Shown piece after piece: positions 40,279 through 50,008 of a DNA stretch of 64,000 nucleotides (positions within the stretch are counted from its first letter, which is position 1; every line of letters starts with the position of its first letter). The notes below the pieces were generated by a model, which was given only the letters and a program-made list of their open reading frames with translations, had not been told where the DNA came from and searched no databases. The DNA lies in assembly GCA_963812155.1 (NCBI GenBank), contig CAWETW010000001.1, positions 384,001-448,000 of the forward strand, read 5' to 3'. Source of the stretch: Vulcanimicrobiota bacterium (GTDB taxonomy: Bacteria; Vulcanimicrobiota; Vulcanimicrobiia; Vulcanimicrobiales; Vulcanimicrobiaceae). Both the position numbers and the translations under genes were made by a program.

Positions 40279-41598
40279 ATGAAAAAATGGCCCGCGTTTC
40301 TAGTTGCGGCCGCGCTGGCGGCGTGCAACGGTATCGTGAGTCCGGCGCCGCAGGGTGCGCCGTACGCAACCCACGCCGCCGGCATCTCCGGCGGAAAAAT
40401 CAAACATGTCGTTTTCATCATTCAAGAGAACCGCAGTTTCGATAATCTCTTTCAAGGCTATCCCGGCGCGAACACCGTCTCGAGCGGTAAGAACTCCAAA
40501 GGCCAGACGATCGAACTGCAGCCGGTGAGTTTGGCGAAACAATACGTCATCGACCACTCGCTGGCCGCCTTCATCTCCGCCTGCGACGGGACGGGCAAAC
40601 TTCTGGGGACGCAATGCCGCGATGACGGATTCGATCAGGAAAGTTCTGTGGGCGGACCGACGAATCCCGAGTACGTTTACGTGCCGCGCAAGGAATCGAA
40701 ACCCTACTGGGACATGGCGCACGAGTGGGTTGTCGGCGACGCGATGCATCAGTCGCATCTCGACGAGAGTTTCGTCTCCCACCAATACGTCATTGCCGGT
40801 CAGGCGCACTCAAGCGTCGATCTCCCCGGCTGGTATTGGGGCTGCGACGGCGGCCGGAGCGACAAGGTCGCCACGATCACCACGGAACGGAAAGTCGGCC
40901 CGGAGCAAACGGCCTGCTTCGACTACAAGACGCTCGGCGACGAACTCGACAGCGCCGGGCTTACCTGGCGTTTCTATACGAGCGACATCCAGGATTTCGG
41001 CGATTACGTCTGGTCCGGGTATCAGGCGGTTCGCCACATTCGCGACGGCCCCGACTGGGGAAAAGACATTATTACGCCGCAAAAGAACTTCATTACCGAC
41101 GTCGCCAAAGGTACGCTCGCAAACGTCACCTGGATCACGCCGACGTGCGAGGAATCCGACCACGTGAACTGCGGCGGGGGCTACGGACCTTCGTGGGTTT
41201 CGGCACTCGTCAACGCCGTTGGTAAGAGTAATTTTTGGGATTCCACCGTGATCTTCGTCATGTGGGATGACTGGGGCGGCCTCTACGACCACGTTGCGCC
41301 GCCGCACGTCGATTACGACGGGCTCGGCTTCCGCGTACCGTTGCTGGTCATTTCACCATACGCGAAAAAAGACTACGTTTCGCACGTGCGCTACGAAACG
41401 GGCAGCCTCTTACGCTTTGCGGAAGATAACTTCGGGCTCGCTCAACTCGCAGCCAGCGATAGGCGTGCGGCCGATCCCGCCGGCGATTGCCTCGATTTCA
41501 CGCAGCTGCCGCGCAAGTTCACTGCGATACAGGCACCCAAACCACCGAGCTTCTTCCTCACCCGCGCGCCCGACACGCGCCCGCCCGACGACGACTGA
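40279..41598 (+). CDS. Phospholipase C/phosphoesterase family lipoprotein
   Basis: Lipobox [40 protein letters not shown]. Confidence 0.88.
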   Translation: MKKWPAFLVAAALAACNGIVSPAPQGAPYATHAAGISGGKIKHVVFIIQENRSFDNLFQGYPGANTVSSGKNSKGQTIELQPVSLAKQYVIDHSLAAFISACDGTGKLLGTQCRDDGFDQESSVGGPTNPEYVYVPRKESKPYWDMAHEWVVGDAMHQSHLDESFVSHQYVIAGQAHSSVDLPGWYWGCDGGRSDKVATITTERKVGPEQTACFDYKTLGDELDSAGLTWRFYTSDIQDFGDYVWSGYQAVRHIRDGPDWGKDIITPQKNFITDVAKGTLANVTWITPTCEESDHVNCGGGYGPSWVSALVNAVGKSNFWDSTVIFVMWDDWGGLYDHVAPPHVDYDGLGFRVPLLVISPYAKKDYVSHVRYETGSLLRFAEDNFGLAQLAASDRRAADPAGDCLDFTQLPRKFTAIQAPKPPSFFLTRAPDTRPPDDD

Positions 41599-41605
41599 AT
41601 CTTAG

Positions 41606-41706
41606 GGAAGCCCCGATTTATCTCAAATCTAGGAAACGAAGGCCGAAGTTTACTATGGTAAACGAGGCTCCGAGTTGACAACGAGTTGAGGTAAATCAGG
41701 GCTTCC
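41606..41706. mobile_element. MITE-like element, ~101 bp, with 24-bp imperfect terminal inverted repeats
   Basis: Left end GGAAGCCCCGATTTATCTCAAATC vs reverse complement of right end GGAAGCCCTGATTTACCTCAACTC (21/24); AT-richer than flanks; no ORF. Confidence 0.65.
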
Positions 41707-41707
41707 A

Positions 41708-42448
41708 CTACATGTCTAGGCCGCCGTTGACGTTAAAGACGGCGCCCGTAATGTAACTGGCGTCGTCTTCGAGCAGAAATCGGACGACGCGCGCCACTTC
41801 CTCCGGCTTGCCCAGACGGCGCTGCGGGATGCGTTCGATTACTTTGTTCAGCGCGGCTTCGGGAATCGCGGAGACCATTTCGGTGGCGATGAAGCCGGGC
41901 GCGACGCAGTTGACGGTGATGCCCTTCTGCGCCATCTCGAGCGCCAGGCTCTTGGTAAATCCGAAAAGACCCGCTTTCGAGGCGGCATAGTTGGCTTGCC
42001 CGATGTTGCCCGTTTCGCCGATGACCGAGCTGATCATAACGATCCGGCCCGAACCGCGTTCGATCATGTGCTCGAGCACCGCTTTAGTCATTTGAAACGC
42101 GCCAGAAAGATTGACGTTGATGACTTGGCGCCAATCGTCGGGCGTCATCTTCCGCATCGTCTTATCGATCGTGATGCCGGCGTTATTTACCAAATAATCC
42201 ACGCGCCCGAAGGCGTCGATCGCCTCCTCGAACACGCGGTTGCAATCGTCAACGTCGTCGACGCGCCCCTGATGGATCGACACCTTTGCGCCCGTGCCGG
42301 TCATCTCGTCGCGGAAGCGCTCGGCGCTGTCCTTGCCGCGACTGTAACCTGCCGCTACCGACGCGCCATGACCGGTGAGCATCCGAGTGATCGCCCCACC
42401 GATGCCGCGCGTACCGCCCGTAACGATTGCAACCCGTCCTTCAAACAC
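41708..42448 (-). CDS. phaB: Acetoacetyl-CoA reductase / 3-oxoacyl-ACP reductase (second PhaB-like SDR)
   Basis: TGGTRGIG, NNAGIT, GNIGQANYAASKAG, NGGLDM; collinear with 38475-39230. Confidence 0.7.
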   Translation of the reverse strand: MFEGRVAIVTGGTRGIGGAITRMLTGHGASVAAGYSRGKDSAERFRDEMTGTGAKVSIHQGRVDDVDDCNRVFEEAIDAFGRVDYLVNNAGITIDKTMRKMTPDDWRQVINVNLSGAFQMTKAVLEHMIERGSGRIVMISSVIGETGNIGQANYAASKAGLFGFTKSLALEMAQKGITVNCVAPGFIATEMVSAIPEAALNKVIERIPQRRLGKPEEVARVVRFLLEDDASYITGAVFNVNGGLDM

Positions 42449-42509
42449 CGCAAAACCTCCCTACGTGAGACTCGCGACGTTCGGCGAGGACGCCTCCGCC
42501 GCCCTCTCT

Positions 42510-42553
42510 CCTTCGACTACGCGCGGCTTCGCCGCGCTGCGCTCAGGATGACA
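42510..42553. repeat. Solitary REP-like palindrome of the same family
   Basis: CCTTCGACTACGCGCGGC-TTC-GCCGCGCTGCGCTCAGGATGACA. Confidence 0.8.
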
Positions 42554-42562
42554 CGGTTAGTG

Positions 42563-43549
42563 TTAGTGCGGCGGAATCACGCTGATCGCGGCACCGATCA
42601 ATTCGGTTGCGCCGATGCCGTCGAAGGATGCGGTCGGCTTTCCGCCGTCCGGATACTTCCATAGCCCGATCTTCTTGACGCTCCGCAGCGACCCGCCGTA
42701 CGGCACGACGATCGTGCTGCCCTGCAGCCAAAATTGGACGACGAGATGGCTGCGCGCGCTCAAATGCACCGTTCCGGCCGTCGTGCCGGCCGAACCCGCG
42801 AAATTCACGCGGTAGATCGTGTCCTTCATGTCGTCTTCGATCGCCATGTACTTCCCGTCCCACTGTATCCCGCCGGGAAAGCCGATCGTCTGGTCCACGG
42901 TGAGGTTCTTCAACGACTTACCACCCTTGGGCAATTCGGCAAACAGCGACTGCGTCGTCCCGTTGTCCACGCCGTCGATGAACAGATTTCCCTTGGCGTC
43001 GTAACCAGCGAACAAATACTCCATGAAATCCTTGGCGGTGTAATAGGTCGGATTACCCTGGGCGTTCGCGTAGACGGCAACGTTTCCGGGCCCTTGCGAC
43101 GGACTCGTCGCGAAGTTCGTGACGGCGAGATCTCCACTCAACGGGTCGACCGCGCAACCGTTGGGGAACGCGCCGAATTCCAAGAACGTCGCGATCGGCT
43201 TCGTGCCGCCGTGCGCGTATTCGAGGACGACTTCGCCGTTGGTGTTGGTCACGAAGACGTCGCCCTTGGTATCGGCGCACAGACCCGACGATCCCTCGAA
43301 GCCTCCCAGCGTGCCGACCAGTTTCCCGTTCGGATACTGAAACACGTAGACGAAGCCGCTGTTGTCGGACACGTAGAGGAGGTTGTGGCGGTGCGCGTCG
43401 GGCGACATCCAGGTACGGACCGCTCGCGCCGGCATCGCCGTACCGGATGCAGCGCCGAGCGGAAGTGCCTGTGATGACTGCGCTCCGCTGCATCCCGCGA
43501 GCAGAGCGGATGCGGCGCAGCACGCCGAGAGGAAGTTGAACGCTTTCAT
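42563..43549 (-). CDS. Secreted beta-propeller-like lipoprotein
   Basis: LAGC lipobox; WMSPDA..LLYVSD, GLCADTKGDVFV, GCAVDPLSGDLAV, GIQWDG. Confidence 0.78.
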   Translation of the reverse strand: MKAFNFLSACCAASALLAGCSGAQSSQALPLGAASGTAMPARAVRTWMSPDAHRHNLLYVSDNSGFVYVFQYPNGKLVGTLGGFEGSSGLCADTKGDVFVTNTNGEVVLEYAHGGTKPIATFLEFGAFPNGCAVDPLSGDLAVTNFATSPSQGPGNVAVYANAQGNPTYYTAKDFMEYLFAGYDAKGNLFIDGVDNGTTQSLFAELPKGGKSLKNLTVDQTIGFPGGIQWDGKYMAIEDDMKDTIYRVNFAGSAGTTAGTVHLSARSHLVVQFWLQGSTIVVPYGGSLRSVKKIGLWKYPDGGKPTASFDGIGATELIGAAISVIPPH

Positions 43550-43574
43550 TGTTGTCCTTTCGCCGGCTGCGCTC

Positions 43575-45146
43575 TTAGATTGCCTGGATTTTCGCCATCA
43601 TCCCACCATCTTCATGATCGAGAATGTGGCAGTGGAAAACGAACGTTCCCTTGATGACGGGGTCGCGGAAGTTCATCAAGAGATCGATCGAACCGGGCGT
43701 TCCGTTACCGCGCAGATGCGGAATGACGACGCTATCGGCCCAATACGGATGCGCTAACTTGACGCCGTCGATTTTCTCCACCAAGAAGTGAATCTGATGA
43801 ATGTGAAAGTCGTGGACTTCCGTGGTAGTGTTGGCGATGTGCCACTCCTCGACCGTGCCGGTATGCACGACGAACTCCGGGGGCGAGTTAATGTTGAACA
43901 CTTTATGGTCGATGAGAAAGTGCCGCGGGCCTTCGCTGAAGACGACGGTGCGCTTGGTCGTGGCGGCCGGCAACGGCGTCGTGTAGTAGTTCGAAGGAAG
44001 CGGTGCGCCCACTTTCAGCGGCTTGGGCTGTTCGAAACGCACGTCCCCGTGATGCGCCGGCGGCGCGATCTTCGCCAGGACGACGTTGGGATCGCGGTCG
44101 CCGCCCGAACCAGAGTCGTAGCATGCGGTGCGGAACTTCGTCGCGTGGGCTTGCCCCGTCACGACGAACTCGGCGCGTGCAGCCGGCGGCACGATGATGT
44201 AGGGCAGCGTCTCGGTCGGCGGATTCTTCGGATTGGTGTCGAGCGCGAATCCGTCAACCGCGACGAGTTGTAGCGACTCGCCGTCGACGGCGAGTTTCAT
44301 CGTCTTGTGACCGGTCGCGTTGATGACGCGGAAAAACTGCTGCTCTCCCGGAGGGATCGTGATGACCGGCTGCAACGCTCCGTTGACCGAGACGAGCAAT
44401 CCGACCTCAGGTCCGCACGGATCGTTGTTGATGAGATGCGGCTTGCCAACCGGTGCGCCGCCCATGTCCATGCCGTCCATGGAATCTTCTTGCGGGGCCG
44501 GTATGGCGTTGGCTCCGACGCCCGTGTCGCGGACGATGATCAGGCGCTGCTTCATTGCCCCCAGCCCCGGCAGATGGTGCTCGAGGCCGTCGACGACGAT
44601 CGCGCCCGACATGCCGGACTGCCCGACCTGGAAGTTCGTTTGGCCGTGGATGTGAGGATGGTACCAATAGAGTCCGGGTGGCTGATTTTTTGGAATGTGA
44701 ATGCTGTAGCGAACGCTATGTCCCGGCGTTGCAAACATGCCCAGAACGTCGTCGCCCGGAGCCAGCGGCGTCGAACCCATGCCGTGGAAATGGAGATTCA
44801 TGAAACTCGCCATTCCGCCGCGCCGCAGGTTGTCGGCCAGATTGAACACGATCGTCTCGCCCGGTTTGAGATTGATCGTCGGGGCGACGCCGTGCATCCC
44901 ATTGTAGTCGAAACCCGGGAGACCGGTGGCGGGATTGAGATCGGCGATCAGATTCACTTCGGCGACGCCGTGCACGGCATGAATGACCGGCGGCTCGGGA
45001 AGTTCGTTGACGTTGTTCGGCGCGATCGGGGCACCGCCCGCGCCCGGCAGTTGTGCGTTCGGAAGAGCATTCACCGGCGCACTCGATTGGCTGTTGCATC
45101 CCGCGATCAGCGCGCAGATCGCAACGGCGAAAAGTCGACGTAGCAT
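43575..45146 (-). CDS. Multicopper oxidase lipoprotein
   Basis: IAGC lipobox; HFHG, WYHPH, HDFHIHQ, HCHILDHEDGGM. Confidence 0.9.
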   Translation of the reverse strand: MLRRLFAVAICALIAGCNSQSSAPVNALPNAQLPGAGGAPIAPNNVNELPEPPVIHAVHGVAEVNLIADLNPATGLPGFDYNGMHGVAPTINLKPGETIVFNLADNLRRGGMASFMNLHFHGMGSTPLAPGDDVLGMFATPGHSVRYSIHIPKNQPPGLYWYHPHIHGQTNFQVGQSGMSGAIVVDGLEHHLPGLGAMKQRLIIVRDTGVGANAIPAPQEDSMDGMDMGGAPVGKPHLINNDPCGPEVGLLVSVNGALQPVITIPPGEQQFFRVINATGHKTMKLAVDGESLQLVAVDGFALDTNPKNPPTETLPYIIVPPAARAEFVVTGQAHATKFRTACYDSGSGGDRDPNVVLAKIAPPAHHGDVRFEQPKPLKVGAPLPSNYYTTPLPAATTKRTVVFSEGPRHFLIDHKVFNINSPPEFVVHTGTVEEWHIANTTTEVHDFHIHQIHFLVEKIDGVKLAHPYWADSVVIPHLRGNGTPGSIDLLMNFRDPVIKGTFVFHCHILDHEDGGMMAKIQAI

Positions 45147-45155
45147 GGATCTCTC

Positions 45156-46112
45156 CTACTGGGCGGGGCTGACGACAGCCCCGTACGCATGAACGTTGGT
45201 AATCGTAGTCACGGGCGAACCGCCGTCGGGATAATTCCACAGTCCGATCCGGTCGCGCAGTTGATCCGGGCCGACGAGCGTGCTGCCGGTAATCGAGAAA
45301 TCCCGTACGCTCTTGCTGCCGTCCAGCGTCGTCGAGCCGATCTTTTTCAGATGGCCGGTTGGTCCGATAGAAAAGCGATACACCACCGTCGGAGAGACGC
45401 CGGCATCCTCGATTGCAAGGTTGGTGCCGTCCCATTCCATTTGTCCGGGCGTCTTGAACGGTTGCGCGGTCTTCAGTGGTTCGATCCGCGGCCTCGTCGG
45501 ACGCAGTTCCCCCAGCGCGAACGCACCTTGCGCGTCGACGCCGTCGACGAAAAGGTCGCCTGACGCGTCGTACCCGCAGAATCCCGCGGCAGCCATGCCG
45601 GAGTCGAAGTATCGCACCGGCGACCCCCAGCCATGCTGCGTGCGCCGGAAGACCGACACGGTTAAGCCGCTGACGCCGCCGCTCACGGCCAAGTTCCCGT
45701 TCACCGGATTGACCGAGCAGCCGGTCGGGGCGCCGGCAATGTTGAGCGAAACGATCGGTTGCGACTGGCCGTGCGGAAACTCGATAACGTCGTCGCCGCC
45801 GGTATCGGCAATCCAGACGTTGCCGGCGGGGTCGACGCACTCGCTGCGGGGACTGCCAAAACCGCTCAGCGTCCCGACCTGCTCGCCCTGCGGATACGAG
45901 TACACGAAAACGTTGTTCGACTTCACGTCGGACACGTACAGCAACGCACCGGATTGTGCTTTGGACGCCATCCACGAGTGACTGGCGATCCGCGAAAGGA
46001 CGTCGCTTTGAACCGGTGGCGCGCCGGTCGTCGCGACGCTGCCGCATCCGGCAAGCGTCATCACGCCCACACCGCAGGCAAGCGCAAAGCAACGGAAAAC
46101 CGCAAGGCGCAT
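45156..46112 (-). CDS. Secreted beta-propeller-like lipoprotein (paralogue of 42563-43549)
   Basis: LAGC lipobox; SWM...LLYVSD, ECVDPAGNVW, GCSVNPVNGNLAV, MEWDG. Confidence 0.78.
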   Translation of the reverse strand: MRLAVFRCFALACGVGVMTLAGCGSVATTGAPPVQSDVLSRIASHSWMASKAQSGALLYVSDVKSNNVFVYSYPQGEQVGTLSGFGSPRSECVDPAGNVWIADTGGDDVIEFPHGQSQPIVSLNIAGAPTGCSVNPVNGNLAVSGGVSGLTVSVFRRTQHGWGSPVRYFDSGMAAAGFCGYDASGDLFVDGVDAQGAFALGELRPTRPRIEPLKTAQPFKTPGQMEWDGTNLAIEDAGVSPTVVYRFSIGPTGHLKKIGSTTLDGSKSVRDFSITGSTLVGPDQLRDRIGLWNYPDGGSPVTTITNVHAYGAVVSPAQ

Positions 46113-46197
46113 TCGGAAGCTCCTACACAGCTGAAACGAAATGACGGGAGGTCCTGTTCTGGGTCCGCCAGCCATCTCCGCCTGGCCGGGCCGGTGA

Positions 46198-46986
46198 CTA
46201 ACCGAAGCGACCGGTGATGTAGTCCTCGGTGCGGCGGTCGGACGGCTTGGTGAAGATCTTGGTCGTTTCGTCCATTTCGACGAGACGGCCGATGCCGCGT
46301 TCGTCGGAGAGCATGAACGCCGAGTAATCCGATACGCGCGCCGCCTGCTGCATGTTATGCGTGACGACGACGATCGCGTATTCGTCCGCGAGCGACGTCA
46401 TGAGTTCTTCAATGCTCAGCGTCGAGATGGGATCGAGCGACGACGTCGGCTCGTCCATCAGCAGCACGTCGGGCTCGACGGCGAGCGCGCGCGCGATGCA
46501 CAATCGTTGCTGCTGGCCACCCGAGAGCGCGGTTGCCGGCTGGGAAAGTTTGTCTTTGACCTCGTCCCAAAGGGCCGCGCCGCGCAACGCCTTTTCTACC
46601 AGCCGCATTTTCTCGCTCGGGCTTTCGTTGCGGCTTAGTCCGGCACTCACGTTCCCGGCAATGGAGAGCGTCGGGAAGGGATTAGGACGCTGGAACACCA
46701 TGCCCACGCGGCGGCGTAACTCGATGACGCTCATCTGGGAGTCGTAGACGTCCTCGCCGTCGAGCAACACGCGTCCGCGCGCATAGGCTCCGGGTGCAAT
46801 CTCGTGGATTCGATTGAGACAGCGCAGAATCGTCGTCTTTCCACACCCCGACGGGCCCATCAGCGCGGTCACTGCATTTGCACGAAACGCCATCGTCACA
46901 CCCGCCACCGCGCAACGATCCCCATAATACGCACTGAGTTCGCGCACGCTCAACGGTGCCGCCGCAGCGACTGCGCCCGTGCTCAC
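46198..46986 (-). CDS. pstB: Phosphate ABC transporter ATP-binding protein
   Basis: [42 protein letters not shown]. Confidence 0.95.
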   Translation of the reverse strand: MSTGAVAAAAPLSVRELSAYYGDRCAVAGVTMAFRANAVTALMGPSGCGKTTILRCLNRIHEIAPGAYARGRVLLDGEDVYDSQMSVIELRRRVGMVFQRPNPFPTLSIAGNVSAGLSRNESPSEKMRLVEKALRGAALWDEVKDKLSQPATALSGGQQQRLCIARALAVEPDVLLMDEPTSSLDPISTLSIEELMTSLADEYAIVVVTHNMQQAARVSDYSAFMLSDERGIGRLVEMDETTKIFTKPSDRRTEDYITGRFG

Positions 46987-47849
46987 CGGCGCCCCTTCGG
47001 CGAAAGCACGACCCGTGCCAGCACGTTGAGCACGAGCACGGCGAGGATCAGCAACAGCGCGCCGCCCCAGGCCTGTTGGTGCCAACTCTGGTAGGGCGAG
47101 ATGGCGTAGGTGAACACTTGCAGAGGCAACTGCGCCATCGGCTGTGCCGGATTGAGCTCCCAGAACTGGCTGCCGAAGGCCGTGAAGAGCAGGGGCGCCG
47201 TCTCGCCGGTGACGCGCGCGATTGCCAGCAAGATCCCGGTGATGATGGCGGCTCTCGCGGCCGGAAGCACGATGCGCATCGTCGACGCAAATTCCGAAAG
47301 TCCAAGGGCGAGCGCACCCTCGCGAATCGCCCGCGGCACGCTGCGCACCGCATCTTCCGACGTTCGCAGGATCAGCGGCAGCATGAGGAGCGCGAACGCA
47401 AACGACGCCGAAATGGCCGAGAAATGACGAAACGGCGCAACCAGCAACGTGTAGGCGAAAAGACCGATCGCGATGCTCGGAATTCCGGAGAGCACGTCGG
47501 AGAGAAAGCGCACCGCTTCCGGAAACCAGCCGCGACCGAACAGCGCGAGAAAGAGTCCGCATAACAATCCGAGCGGCGTCGCGATTGCAACCGCGAGACC
47601 GACGGTAATCAGCGTTCCGACGATACCGTTGGCGACGCCGCCGCCGGGCTCGCCGACCGGCACCGGCAGCTGCGTGAGAAAGGCGAAATTGACGGCGCGA
47701 AAACCCTGAAACGCGACGTATCCCAGAATCAGCAGCAGAACGATCGCGCCGACCGAGGCGCAGGCCGCGGTCGCCGCCGTTCCCGCAAGGCTCAACGCGT
47801 GCCGTGCGGCGACGTGATTCTTCGAGCGCGCAACGTCCATCGTCGCCAT
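46983..47849 (-). CDS. pstA: Phosphate ABC transporter permease
   Basis: [31 protein letters not shown]. Confidence 0.93.
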   Translation of the reverse strand: MATMDVARSKNHVAARHALSLAGTAATAACASVGAIVLLLILGYVAFQGFRAVNFAFLTQLPVPVGEPGGGVANGIVGTLITVGLAVAIATPLGLLCGLFLALFGRGWFPEAVRFLSDVLSGIPSIAIGLFAYTLLVAPFRHFSAISASFAFALLMLPLILRTSEDAVRSVPRAIREGALALGLSEFASTMRIVLPAARAAIITGILLAIARVTGETAPLLFTAFGSQFWELNPAQPMAQLPLQVFTYAISPYQSWHQQAWGGALLLILAVLVLNVLARVVLSPKGRR

Positions 47850-47851
47850 GC

Positions 47852-48781
47852 TTACCTTCGTTCCCGAAGCACTGCCCACAACAACAGCCGCGCCATCGCG
47901 TTGACGACAAAGCTGACGATGAACAGCAGCAAGCCGAGCTCGATGAGCGCGCTCACGTAGACGGCACCGTTAGCTTCGCTGAACTCGTTGGCGATGACGC
48001 TCGCCAACGTGTACGACGGTGCGAAAAGTGACGTCGCGATCTCCGGCCGGTTGCCGATCACCATCGTCGTCGCAATCGTTTCGCCGAGCGCGCGGCCCAG
48101 GGCGAGCACCAGTGCGCCGAAGATGCCGATGCGCGACGCCGGCAGCACGACGCGCGCCACCGTTTCCCATTTGGTCGCGCCGAGGGACATCGACGCCTCG
48201 CGCAAATCCGATCCGATCGCAACGATCACTTCCCGGCTAATCGCGGTGACTGTCGGAAGGATCATCAGCGCTAAGATCAAGCCGGCGGTCAGCATGCCGA
48301 CGCCGCTGATCGTCCCCTGAAAAATCGGCAAGAATCCCAACGTTTTTTGCAAGAACGGCCCGAGTGCGTTGCGCACAAACGGCGCCAGCACGAACAGGCC
48401 CCACAATCCGAAGACGACGCTCGGCACGGCGGCGAGCAGTTCGATGACGAAACCTAACGGGCGCGCGATCCATACCGGCGCAAATTCGGCCAGATAGGCG
48501 GCCGCGAGAATTCCGACCACGCCCGCCAACACGATCGCGACGAGCGAACTGACGATGGTGCCGTAGATGAGCGGCAGCGCGCCGAACTGACCGGTGACCG
48601 GATTCCACTCCGACGTCCACAGAAATTTTAGTTTGAAGGCTTGGATCGAAGGCCACGACCCGTGCACGAGCTCGACGAAGAGCATTGCGACGAGCAGTAC
48701 GAAGAGCGCTGCGGCGGCGTACACTACCCACAGAAAGATCCGATCCGCCGCCGCGACTGCGGCATAGTTTCGAGCCTTCAT
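47852..48781 (-). CDS. pstC: Phosphate ABC transporter permease
   Basis: [37 protein letters not shown]. Confidence 0.93.
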   Translation of the reverse strand: MKARNYAAVAAADRIFLWVVYAAAALFVLLVAMLFVELVHGSWPSIQAFKLKFLWTSEWNPVTGQFGALPLIYGTIVSSLVAIVLAGVVGILAAAYLAEFAPVWIARPLGFVIELLAAVPSVVFGLWGLFVLAPFVRNALGPFLQKTLGFLPIFQGTISGVGMLTAGLILALMILPTVTAISREVIVAIGSDLREASMSLGATKWETVARVVLPASRIGIFGALVLALGRALGETIATTMVIGNRPEIATSLFAPSYTLASVIANEFSEANGAVYVSALIELGLLLFIVSFVVNAMARLLLWAVLRERR

Positions 48782-48800
48782 AGCCTCAAGCGCGGAGTAT

Positions 48801-48835
48801 GAGAAACGCCCCAATACACGATCGAGGCGCTTCCT
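48801..48835 (-). terminator. Stem-loop between pstS and pstC (possible mRNA stabiliser or partial terminator)
   Basis: Minus strand GGAAGCGCCTCGAT...ATTGGGGCGTTTCT pairs with G-U wobbles. Confidence 0.5.
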
Positions 48836-48860
48836 ACCTTCACGTTACTCTCGAAGTCGA

Positions 48861-49889
48861 TCAGACGTGCATTTTAGCGAGCGTCTTGTGCGCGATCTCC
48901 TGAACGTTGTCGGGTAGCGGAACGTAATCCAATCCGCCCGCGATCTTCTGAGCGTCGTCGCCCGCTAGCCACGTCAGAATCTGCTGCAGCGTCTTTCCTT
49001 TGCCTTTGTCCTGCGGACTCTGATAAACGACGACCCAGCTGTAGCCGGCAATCGGATAGCACGTCGCGCACTTCGCGTTGACGATCGAGAAGTTCGCGGG
49101 GGAGAGTTCGGGCTTTGAGGCCGCCGCTGCGCGCACGCCGCCAGGGGCGTCGGACAGATATTTGCCGGCAGCGTTCTGCAGCGTCGCTTGCGGCATCTTG
49201 TTTTGAATCGCGTACGCCAGTTCGACATAACCGATGGCGCCCGGATTGTTGTTCACTTGGCCGGCAACGCCCTCGTTGCCCTTTCCGCCAATCGCGCTCG
49301 CCGCGACCCAGGTAACGCTCTTTCCGGTTCCGACCTTGCTCTTCCACTCGCCCGAGATGTTGCTGAGATAGTCGGTGAAGATGTAGGTCGTACCCGAGCC
49401 GTCGGAGCGATGCACGACGACGATCGGCGTGTTGGGCAGTTTCATTCCGGCGTTGAGTTTGACGATTTGCGGATCGTTCCAGTTAGCAATCTTGCCGAGG
49501 AAGATGTTTGCCAGCACGCCGGGGGTTAAGTGCAGACCGCTGCCGACGCCCGGAAGATTGTACACGATTGATTCGCCGCCTAGGGCGACAGGGATTTGCA
49601 GTACCGGACCGCCGGCGGCTTCGGCCGCTTTGAGTTCGCCGGCGTTCATCGGCACGTCGGTGGCGCCGAAGTCGACCGTGCGCTGCGTAAACTGCGCGAT
49701 GCCGCCGCCGCTGCCGATCGACTGGTAATTCACTTGCACGTCGCCGTGGCTCTTGCTGTACTCGTAGAATGCCTTGGAGAAAAATGGGTAATCGAAGGTC
49801 GACCCGGCTCCGGTGAGCTGCGTCGCGGCAGCTGCGGGTACGACCATGGCAAATAGCGCCGCGAGGGCGACAGTGAAAGTCTTTCGCAT
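48861..49889 (-). CDS. pstS: Phosphate ABC transporter substrate-binding protein
   Basis: GAGSTF, YQSIGSGGG, HRSDGSGTT, GKGNEGV, YPI. Confidence 0.95.
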   Translation of the reverse strand: MRKTFTVALAALFAMVVPAAAATQLTGAGSTFDYPFFSKAFYEYSKSHGDVQVNYQSIGSGGGIAQFTQRTVDFGATDVPMNAGELKAAEAAGGPVLQIPVALGGESIVYNLPGVGSGLHLTPGVLANIFLGKIANWNDPQIVKLNAGMKLPNTPIVVVHRSDGSGTTYIFTDYLSNISGEWKSKVGTGKSVTWVAASAIGGKGNEGVAGQVNNNPGAIGYVELAYAIQNKMPQATLQNAAGKYLSDAPGGVRAAAASKPELSPANFSIVNAKCATCYPIAGYSWVVVYQSPQDKGKGKTLQQILTWLAGDDAQKIAGGLDYVPLPDNVQEIAHKTLAKMHV

Positions 49890-49911
49890 GCCTCCATTCT
49901 CAGGTCCAAAC

Positions 49912-49951
49912 GATAAGAACAGATTAAGAAAGCATAGGGAGGGCCTTAAAC
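49912..49951 (-). promoter_or_regulatory. Putative Pho box (11-bp periodic YTTAA-like repeats)
   Basis: Minus strand TTTAAG...CTTAAT...CTTATC at 22- and 11-bp spacing, in an AT-rich patch upstream of pstS. Confidence 0.5.
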
Positions 49952-50008
49952 CGAAGCGGGAGGTTCGCGAAGGCCCTGGGGCCCGGCGCCGCCGAAAGCG
50001 CCGCTTCA

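Noticed and set aside
46987..47910. 570-aa extended pstB ORF, and likewise the 726-aa phaC and 382-aa pstS ORFs
   Set aside because: The extensions overlap neighbouring real genes or promoters; the true starts are downstream at stop/start overlaps or SD sites
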